This document shows, piece by piece, positions 13,669 to 23,941 of a stretch of DNA of 33,146 bases (within the stretch, counting starts at the first letter, position 1; each line of letters begins with the position of its first letter). The stretch is from Trichinella spiralis (Eukaryota), in assembly GCF_000181795.1 (NCBI RefSeq), contig NW_003526944.1, positions 3,238,793-3,271,938 of the forward strand, written 5' to 3'. Both the position numbers and the translations under genes were made by a program. The notes under the pieces are model-generated. The model was not told where the DNA came from, searched no databases, and saw only the letters and a list, made by a program, of their open reading frames with translations.

Positions 13669-13744
13669 CGTTATCATTATTGTAACTCACCAAAAAACAT
13701 ATCAGGAAAGCAAATAGCTGTCGGTAATTGTGCTGCAGGTGCAT
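12149..13744 (-). CDS. Trypsin-like (S1A) serine protease with an N-terminal hydrophobic leader and a PAN/apple-like domain. Exons: 13744-13691, 13619-13289, 13239-12951, 12871-12591, 12517-12372, 12304-12149; about 418 aa
   Basis: Activation site R/IVGG and an intact catalytic triad (TAGHC, NDLALL, GDSGGP). Asp in the S1 pocket (KDSCQ) indicates trypsin specificity. The upstream Cys pattern CLYKCW...CIGISF...CKLF is PAN/apple-like. The start exon is less certain than the protease exons. Confidence 0.88.
13629..13668. repeat. (ATT)n microsatellite in intron 1 of the protease gene
   Basis: Directly visible run of about 13 ATT units. Confidence 0.95.
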
Positions 13745-15416
13745 TTAAAAATTAAACGACAATAACAAGCATGGAAGTTGAAAATCTTATACTACTACCT
13801 ATCCAATCTTGAATCCTTTTATTAATACAAGAGGGCCTATGAGAATTGTTTGATCAGCTTTGCTTTTGCCACCTCAAAGACATCGACAACTGCCGATACT
13901 TCTTCATACAGCTCGCTAATTGAGGCAAATGTGTGAAAAACAGTCGTCTGTTTGCTGGATGATTCATCGTCACGGCGAGAATAATTCAAAATTTTTTCAT
14001 CGTGTTACAATTTTTTAGGTAATACTTACGATAAGAATGGCAAATTTTTAACGACGCTTTTTCTGTTGACTGGAAAAAGATCTGCCCGTTTGCAGCATTG
14101 TAAATAAAATTCCACTGTTCAAAGGGGTAATTTTTCCAAACAAACAAAAATATTTTAAAAGCTTTAAAAATGGTATGAAATTTTTTAAAATATATTCTAC
14201 ATTGTTAACTTGATGCGCTTTTAATTAAGACACTGAGTTGACTGAAATAATGGGATGCATCAAAGCAAATCAAATATTTATTTGCCAGGTTGGCAGACAA
14301 TTTTGCTCTTCTTTCTTGATTTTATTGAAATTATAAATGAAATTTGGAAAAACTATTACTTTTATAACAGGTGACAAAATCCAACATTCATCTGGTCACT
14401 TCACGTTAATATTCTTTTTCTTAAAGTTAACATTAAAAGCACAGTACTCGAATTTCAGCTAATTCCATTGCATTTCAATGCGATTTCATAATCTCAATTA
14501 ATGATTTATTTATATAATATAAATGATCAATTCATTAACAGATGAATGAAAATGTAAACGATGATATACATATGAAATCTTTAATATTTTTTTGTAATAA
14601 AATATAAATTTAATTAAAATATAAGTTTAACATAATTTGTTTAATAATTTAAAAAATAGAATTACGCCATTCCACGTGCTTATACGGTAGTGCGTCAGAT
14701 GCAGTTTTATTAGATGTGAATTTGAGAAAAATTTTATTGACCTGCTATTTTACTTTTTACAATTATAATTATCTGTTAAATTTTCACCTTATTCAAAGAA
14801 TAAGATATCTAAAAAGTACATTTCCATCTGGAGCGTACTTTACTTATACCTGCAATTCTTTTTTATGGTATGTTTATTTATGTGAATTTATAATATTAAC
14901 TGTTTTGCAAAAAAATATTTGATCAAACTTGTTACTATTTTTAGTGCTGATATTTTAAAAAATACCTAAATTTTAATATTTTGAATGATTTTTAGCTATA
15001 ACTGTTGGTACGATATTTTTAGTGAAAAATATGTTTCGGTTTGCTAATGTTTTCGTTAAAAATTTTTCAAGGACAAACTATATAAAGTGATTTGAAAATA
15101 ACCAGTTTTATGCAGTTGTTAACGTTGCGTTGTAATATGATTTTTTCAAGAAAACACGACAATTTTTATTTATTGTATATATTCTGCAGACATTGTGGCA
15201 TTTATATGCTTATATATGACATTCTTTGCTTGTCTTTTTTAAACAGTGAAGGTACATAAAAAATTATTGTTATTGACTTTAGTGTTATTGCTTCTGTCGA
15301 TGTATTGACTTCTTCCATTTTACGTGATGCAAGCTCGTCTTGTTGGCATTGTGATGTGATGTGATGTTATGTTATGTTTTGTCTGTGATTTCCTTTAGAT
15401 TCAAATAACCAAAGAA

Positions 15417-15970
15417 ATGTGTATGCACAGTGAGAGCTCTTTTGCTTCACAAGATTTTGAAACCGATGCACCTCTCTTGGATTCAGAAGATGCAGATGTA
15501 ATGATGATGTAATGAGATATGAAAGTTGTTTTACTTTATTCTTCTAGGAAACAATAACAGATCATGTAAGTAATCTTAGAAATTGGGATGTCGTTGATGA
15601 CAGCCCATGTTTTGTTTATACTTGGCTTCAATACCAGGTGACGCTTTGGATTTTTGGAATCCAGTCAGTGTATTCTACATTTGCTCAAAATTTATTTACT
15701 TTGAAGACTTTTATACTTTTACCATGTTTTATCTTTTTTATGGTATCTGCGTCAGCTGCCATCAGTGTTGTTTTGATTTTATTCCGATTATATAAGCTAT
15801 TTGCTGATTTCTACAATGCTGCAGGAAGAATTTTGAAGAGAATTTTAATTGGCGAACGAATTTCCTCCAGCAAACCAAGAGGTCCAAGAATTTGGTCTAG
15901 GCTTGTTGCATCGAGGAGGGAAATTATTCCTCGAGTAACAGTGGGACGTTTGCACAATCATTCTCACTGA
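15417..15970 (+). CDS. Hypothetical small membrane protein. Exons: 15417-15497, 15548-15565, 15638-15970; about 143 aa
   Basis: Phase-0 GT-AG chain gives an acidic N-terminus (MCMHSESSFASQDFETDAPLLDSEDAD/ETITDH/), a long hydrophobic segment (TFILLPCFIFFMVSASAAISVVLILF) and a basic tail. No family recognised. Confidence 0.5.
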
Positions 15971-17964
15971 CACTGTTGAAGATCTTCATTTATTTTCATT
16001 TATTTCAATATTGTGTATTTACAATCAAAACTGGAGCATTTGTTCTACCGTTTAAACTGTTGCCGCGATTTATACGGCAGCATATTATTACTTGGTCATG
16101 TTCTACATTTATAAAATTGTCAGTTATTTCGTTTTCAAAAGTTTTTATGTTTATTATTTCAACTGTCTTTTATTTTATGAAAGTTTAAAATTTTTACACT
16201 TTAGAAATGAATGACGAAAAACAGGAAGCGCATTGATTTAACGCAACTTGTTATGTATGCTCTGCTAAGTGAACTACTGTTGTTATGCACTGGCACGTGC
16301 TGAAATTCACTTTCACTCGAAAAGTAAACATTTTTGAACCATTAGTATCTAATTTGTTGGATATCATTTTAAAAAGATGATTAATGCTTTGTACATAAAT
16401 GAAATTAACTTCACATTCCATCATAATTATCAGCTGCACTTTATCATGACCGCAGTGCAAATACTTTTCATTTCTGCTTAAATAAATTTGCATTTTGCAA
16501 AAACGGGTATGCAATGTGGGTGTATACTTACTACACGGTGTCTAATAATGAATTTCCTGCTGTCATGAAAAAATTAAAAGCTGATGTAAATTCTTATTAT
16601 GAAACCAGAATTGTTACATAAAAGCACTGTCAAATGAACAGAACGCCAATTTCATTTATTTTATCCTTCACAAAAGGTAAAAAACTGATTGATTTCACAG
16701 TGCTCTTTTTCAATGCAAAAATAATAAAAATAACAGATAATAACAATCAATAAAACTCAATAACACAGTAGGGAATATTTAATAATATTATTTTTTAAAA
16801 ATTCAACTTTTAAATAAAAAATTAGCATCTGCATATTTGTATTTAATCCTGATTATCTTTAGAATCGATTTTTTACTGTATATAGTGCTGTTCTATTTTT
16901 CTGTTTGAATTTTAAAGTTGTTTTAGCGAGGCATGCAATTTTTATATTCATTTTTTTGGATCTCAGAACAACTGTATGCAAAATTGGTCCCTTGGAGGTG
17001 TTAATTTTTGTAAGCTTGGGAAGCACGAGGTCAATGTGTTCATTTTCTTGTGAAGCTGCTTGAAAGAAATTGATGTTATCTTAGATTTTTCGGTAAGCAA
17101 ATTATTGTTTAGCGATTTTAGAGTTATTTTATATATTTGTTATGATATTTTTATGTTTTTCATATTTTTAATGTTCTGCTTTTTCATAGCTTTTTGCTTT
17201 TTTAGTTGATCAATTTCTTGGTCAATCTCCTTCTGAGCAGTTAATTTTGCTCTAATTTTTTCATGTCAATCTATTTGCAATGAGTTATTATAAGTGAATG
17301 AATGCTTTTTGTATATATATTTTTTGAAATATTTAATTCGTAGAAATTATTTGAACTTGACATGATTAGAGTTCTTCAATTGTCGCTTATCTGTGACGTT
17401 AATCTTCCGTTTTCTAGAATCTTATATTGATTTCCTAGTTTCTTCAGAGCTGTGAGATTATGTAGCTTTTATATGCATTTTTATATTTTGAATTTTATTA
17501 TAATTTTTTAATGTGGTTTCAGGGAATAGAAATTATTTTACTAAAAAATGAAAATGTTCGTTAAAAAACAATTTCCGTTGTTTTATATTAAAATTTTGAT
17601 CATGCGATTCTCTAACTTTAGTTTCGAATATTTTTTTTTATAATATAGGTTATAACTTTGGTAATGATACAGACGTTGGCTTTATTTGCTTTCGTTTTCC
17701 TATATAATGCTTTGCAAAATTGTCCATTTCACGGACGCATGTTGTCTGCATGCTGGTGGCCTTTAGCATAGAACCAGTTTGTTAATTCCGGTCAAATTGA
17801 AAGCACATTTTGCTGGCTGATATTCGTATACAGTGGGCGCATAAAATTTGTTAATGAAAAATAATTAATCAACAATTGTTTGTATTATTATCAGAATTGT
17901 TGCATATTTTAAAAGTTATATATTTAGTTATTTTTTAGAATTTGCGGTAAACAGTTTGAAAGAA

Positions 17965-18719
17965 ATGGATAAAAAGTCCATTTCCCCCTGCCAAAGAGGT
18001 TTTTACAAGCCTGGAGATCTCTTAATCGAGCCTGTTATTGAAGTAGTGCCAATGAATGAATATAACGCTGCAGAAGTAATGGAATTTGCTCTGTTTTTAC
18101 CAATTTTAAAGCGACATTTTTCTTGTTGATGTCCATGTTGATTTTTTTTTGATGAATAAATTTTGCTTTGAAGGCAAAACTCCAAGCTTCAGTGCAGTGG
18201 TTAATAACGAAAGCGTTTGGGAAGCGCATTCCAGAACGTTTCGAGCACCCTTTTTATATTAACGATAAAGTAGGTTCCATTTTAATGCTTTACTCAATGG
18301 AACACTCTTATTCATTCATTTGATTGTTGTTATTTGCCATTGATAAATGTTTTGCAATTTATATTTATTATAGCTTCATTTATGAATTATGAGAAACGTG
18401 TTTAAAGATTTGCACATATTATTTATGTTCATGTGCACTTTTTTTCTTTGTTACTTCAGCGATGAGGTTGCTTGTTTGCATTTAGAATCAGCTGCAGTTG
18501 AAATCTGCGCTTGTGAATGCATTGGCGAATGGTGAATTGTATGCTGCCGTTGCGGCAAAAATCTTTCACGACACTTCTTATGCCAACGAAGGGCACAAAG
18601 CAGTTTTGCAAGCTTTGCAACGTTTAACTTTTGATTTGGTCGACTGTGATGGACAATTACTGTCCGAAACTGTTCTCAGTCAGACATCACCTTTGCGTAC
18701 TGTAAGTATTTGATAAATG

Positions 18720-18771
<52 letters not shown>

Positions 18772-21700
18772 TGTTTATTATTTTTAGAATTCTCATGTAG
18801 CAATGATTGACTATTTGATGACTGCCACAGTTAAAGATATTGTTAATATTCAAATGCTGACGCAGTCTTCGAGGTTTGAAATTTACTCTAGTAAATGAAA
18901 GAATAATAAGTAGGCTGATTTTCTTACAGGCAATACGGAGATGCTGAGAAGGATCATTCGCCTAAAGATGTTGAAGGTGCGCTTCTGTTTTGGATAAACA
19001 AAATTTGCGCCACTGTGCGAGATCGAGTCGAGCAAAGCCAGGTTTGTCGATTTCAATAATTAATGGATAATTGAGTATGAATAAAATTTTATTGTAGTCT
19101 TCAAATGCAAATGATGCACCAATCATACCAGAAATGGATGATCTTTACGAAGACATGTGCGATGGTGCTTGTATAGCGACAGTGATCTCATTTTATCGTC
19201 CAGAAAAACTAAAATTTGAAGGCAATTTCATTTTTGATTTCTTTTTTTTTCGTTTTGTTTTATTTATTTTTAATTCCAGATATTTGTTTCAATGATCCCA
19301 TGAGCATGGCTGATTGTATTCACAATTTGTGGTTGATTCGCGAATTTTGTACTCGTCATTTGCCACAAAATGTGTTTCATTTTTCTTTTGAAGATTTACT
19401 GTACACTCACGAAAGTTTGAAAACCAACTTGAACGTTTTTCTGTCCGAATTGTATTCCTATTTTGAACCACCTCATGGTATTATTTTTTTGATAAATATT
19501 TTGATATGTTTGATGTGCTTTAAATGATACATACGTGTTGGCTTTTCTTTTTGTAGATTTCAGTACACCTATTCGCCGTTCAATAGCCAGAGTGGATCCT
19601 TTGTATTCGCAAAATTTTAGCAGGTGGGCATTTAAAATTAATATTCAATTTGGAATTTGTATTTTGTCTTATTTTACTTTCGTGTCACTTATTTTAATAG
19701 AATAAATGACATTTTAATGGATGGACGTCTAATTTTATTGTCATTTTGTTGTCACCGTTGTCCTTGATCAATTCATTCATAGTTCCAAAGTTGTAATTTA
19801 CACCAAAAGGAATTTATTATGATTGAATATGAATATTAAGTCGAGTATTGTAAGAACAATTATACATTTGACATTGAATTTAAAGCCTTCTCGAGTTACA
19901 ATATTTTATGACTTTTTATTTGTGATTTTTAGGTACAAATTATTTATTGTAAAAAAAATTGTTTCAGAATAGAGATTTAATTGTTTGAAAAAATTCTACT
20001 CTCATCCTATAATTTATTTTCATGCATAATTCTGTCCAAATTTGTAATTAAATTGAAATTTTTATTTTGTTTTAGAAAACTGCATCCGAAAGAAAATTTA
20101 TCTGTGATGCAAAATCACGATCAAAGCGACAGTAATTAGTGTTACATAATTGATTTGCATGTATTGAAAAAATTTAATAAAAGAGTGATTTTCAGGTCGG
20201 TTGACATCGCGCATGAATTCTATTGATTCTCTGGTAACTGACAGGTAGGTATTAGCGTAGGCTTTTTATTTGTACAATAATTTAATAAAATGGGTTGACT
20301 TTTGTAGAAGTGTGGATTCTTTGAAATACACCGGCTTTTGTAAAAGTTCGTATGAGGCGAATCGATGGGGCGCCCAGACAGAGCGTAGCTCTGATTTGGA
20401 CAAGAAGAAGACAGTCTCATTTTTGGAAATCCAATCTCGGCTAAATGCATCATCGAATTTACACGATGAAGCTTCTCCTGGAAGAGCAGAAAGTGCCCAA
20501 AAGCTGACTAGTCAACAGCAGTACAATCGGTCAGACACGATGCCACCAATGAAGCTTGCAGGCGGCTCGACATCATCGTTGATTCGGATGCAGCTCGAAG
20601 AAAAGCGTCGCCAGTACGAAGCTCAGCGTTTCCAAAGAACGTCGGAATTGGCTAGGCAAAGGCAGGAACTTTCGAAGGAAGCTTTTTTCCAGCTTCGACA
20701 AGGCGACAGCCCAACGACGACGAATCAAGGCTCCAGTCCAACTGCTACTGCTGCTGGTGCTGTACGACGGTCCAGTGGTCAGTTGGAACGAAATGGACGT
20801 TTGACGCTGTCATCACCGACACCAATAAACAGCAAACTGGTGGAAATGAGTACAAGCATCCAAGAAATACAAGAACAAATGAAGCGACTGTCAGTAGAGC
20901 AAGAAAAGCTGAATCGATTAATGTCGAACAACGCTAATAATAGCAGCAGCACTGTTCTGAATCCCATCGAGACCGGCTTGATCATTCAGCAGCACACGCC
21001 CCTTTTGACTGCCCAGTCGCTGGTCTGCTTGCCAACGAACAGTGGTGCGGTTTTTTCACAAATTTGCCCCAAGACGGAAGTTGTCGAAAATGAATCGGCT
21101 GGTCCAACGGGTTCCACGTTTCGGCTCCACTCCGACGGTGAGCACATCAGTCGTCTGGATCCGTCGTTGGAATTGACGAAAAGTATGACCAACTGGGGTA
21201 TGGCGTGCCGGCTGGTCAAACGACCCAGGCGCACATGGGCTGAACATGCTTCTGCCTCATCCGGTTCGACGAATCAGATGCCCAACTGTGCAGCCAGTAT
21301 GTTGAACTTGCCTGTTTGTCAAGATCAATCGATCAACGGTGGTGGTGGTGGTATCAATGGAGTCAGTGAACAGCAGCAGCAGCAACAACAACATGTTGTA
21401 AGAGAGTTGTTATTCATTATTATTTGTTTTTAAATTGTAATTCAAAGAAATGCATAGATATTTCTTTCATTCAGTTAGCTAACGGTGACGATAAGTCGAG
21501 AATAAACAATAAATATAATGAAGAATGAAAATTTTAATTGAAGGTTTCAAAATTGAACATTTCAAATTTGGAGAAAACAGAAGAAGTAGAAGAAGAAGTG
21601 AAAGAAAAGGAGAAGCTACAGCAAAAGCAGCAGTTGAACAACAGTATGGACAATTGTTTGTCCAATTCTTCGTCCAATGCTGCTTTATCCAAATTGGACA

Positions 21701-23055
21701 ATAGCCGTTGTCAAACGACTGATGAACGGGAAAGTTCCCCAGGAATTGGATTTGTTATTGCTGCTGAAAACGGTTGCAGTGATGTATGCTGTTGTTTTTG
21801 CGTTTTTTTTTAATTTGATAAAAATATTATTATTGTTGTTGTTGTTGTTGTTGTTGTTTAAGGAAGATGAATTGTACAGAAGAAAAGAACAGCGTTTGGC
21901 AAATGTGCTTCGACGTCGGGAAGAGATGGAATTGCGGAAAGCAAGAATGGAGGCTGTCAATGCTGAACGACGTGCTATGGTTTTGAAAAAAATGGAAGAT
22001 GATGAACGCAGACGTCGCGAACGCGAACTTAATCGGTATATCGAAATCATAGAATAATATAATAATAATAATAATAATAAACTTGTCGAATGCGGCGTTG
22101 ATGTTGTTCAGGCAGCGGATTTTGGAAGAATATCAGAAGCGTAAAGCTGAGCAAGAAGCATTGGAGCAGTCGGGAAATCTGAACTCATCCTACAGTACCC
22201 TTCCCCCTGCCCCTTCCAGAAGACACCTTGCTCGTGGACAATCGCAGCCTGCAGGTCGACCAAAATCTCAAATTGTTTCCTCCAATAGACCATGTATCAT
22301 TGCTTTTTGTTATTATTTATTTATTTATTGTTGAAATGCACAACTTTTTGTTCTATTAGCAGCATCAGCATCAACTGCAACAATCGCCAATTCTGTAACG
22401 AACATTGACACGTTGGCCAATAATATGGAAACGTCGTCTTCAGCAGAATCAGGTGAAAAAATTTCCACTTTTGCATTTCGAATATTTGAAAAAATAATTT
22501 TCAACTTTTCAATTTAGCATTAAAATTGTTTGTCAAACCGACACACAAGTCGAATCGAAGTATCGTTTTCAATGCTATTCAACACAGCGTTCTGGTGGGG
22601 AGTGTGAACGATGAGACGAAAAGGAAAGTTTTGCAGGTAAATATTTTTCCTCTTTCTTTCTTTTCATGCAAATTATTTTGTTTTTTTTAATTTTCATTTT
22701 CCAGGAACTGGCAAAAAGTGATAGTAAACATTTTTTGATCATGTTCCGAGATCAGAAGTGCCAATTTCGCGCGTTGTACAGTTGGGATCAGGCATCGGAT
22801 ACGGTGCACAAATTGTACGGCACGGGGCCGAAAAGTTGCTCAGAGAAAATGATGAATTTATTATTAAAGTAAGTTTCAAGTATTTATTTACTGATATATT
22901 TTTTTTTAATTATATTTTACAAAAGGTACGATTCCGGTGCCAAACAGTTCAGCTCGATTCCGTCTAGACATTTGTCTGCCACAATAGATGCGTTCACTTT
23001 GAAAGAGGACTACTGGCCAAAAAAATCCACATTCGCTTCTACACCTCGTCGATAA
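17965..23055 (+). CDS. ptrn-1: Patronin/CAMSAP microtubule minus-end binding protein (multi-exon; CH domain, coiled coils, C-terminal CKK domain)
   Basis: N-terminal EVVPMNEYNAAE/AKLQASVQWLITKAFG...FEHPFY; CH-region LLFWINKI, DLYEDMCDGACIATVISFY and DPMSMADCIHNL; CC1 motif IRMQLEEKRRQYE; CKK domain KSNRSIVFNAI...HFLIMFRDQKCQFRALY...KYDSGAKQFSSIPSRHLSATIDAF. Stop TAA at 23053-23055. An upstream coding exon cannot be excluded. Confidence 0.93.
18723..18770. repeat. (ATT)n microsatellite in a patronin intron
   Basis: Directly visible run of about 16 ATT units. Confidence 0.95.
21824..21858. repeat. Compound (ATT)n(GTT)n microsatellite just upstream of a patronin splice acceptor
   Basis: Directly visible. 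It explains the poly-L and poly-N runs in the ORF track. Confidence 0.9.
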
Positions 23056-23941
23056 TCAAGAACAGAGTTGTTATTGTTTTCAAATTAGTTATATTTTTTA
23101 TGTTGACAACAATTTACCGTATAAATAATTGTTTTTTTATCGTGTGATTCAGTTCAAATCATCAATTGTGCGATCTGTGTCTTCCATTTTATTCTATCAC
23201 TACTATATGCAGATGAAATACAGTTTTCTTTTTTTTGTTTGTTATTCAACAGAAGTTCGCATCGTTAGACTGATTTTCTATGCTTCCATACATTTTGTTG
23301 GTGACAAGTTGGCTTCCTTTTTTTATGCATATATATATATCTGTATATATTTTTATTCTGTTTTATCAAAAGATACAAAGCATCAAAATGATAAAAGTAA
23401 GTAAAATGTTTTTTCAAAAACAATGATGAAGAAGTGAATTTGTTAGCAAGTGCAGGTAATTTTCTGTCTTTTGTTTGTGATGATTTTAATTGTAATTCAT
23501 TGTGTTTTTATTTTTTGCAGGTAGTGAAATGATTTTAGTTGATGAAAAAAATATTCGTATCATGTGATTGTTATTTCAGTTCGCTTTAAAATTTATCAAT
23601 GATAATGAAGCACTTTGCGTGAGCAAACTGAACAGTTAAAATGTTCTTAAAATTAAAGAAAGGCAGGTACTATCGCACACTAATCAACTGCAATTTTATT
23701 CATATATTTCTCATTCAACATTCACAAAAGCTGGTCATAATTCAGTTATCATTTTGTAGATTTCTTTAACGTTTAATTAAATATTTGGTAGCTCTGGAAA
23801 CATTCAGCGCAACACAATCTTTGTCTAAAACAATTTTGTTCAAAGTCAATTATGATCATGATAATATATACAAACCTGATTTTCATTAATGCTACAGTTT
23901 ACATTTTTGCCCACTGTGTCGTTTGAGCCATTGTCCGAAAA

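Noticed and set aside
16980..17060. Sm-site-like AATTTTTG suggesting an SL RNA or snRNA
   Set aside because: No leader/donor/hairpin layout at the right spacing, and the motif is common in AT-rich DNA. More likely a 5'UTR exon ending at the GTAAG donor near 17093.
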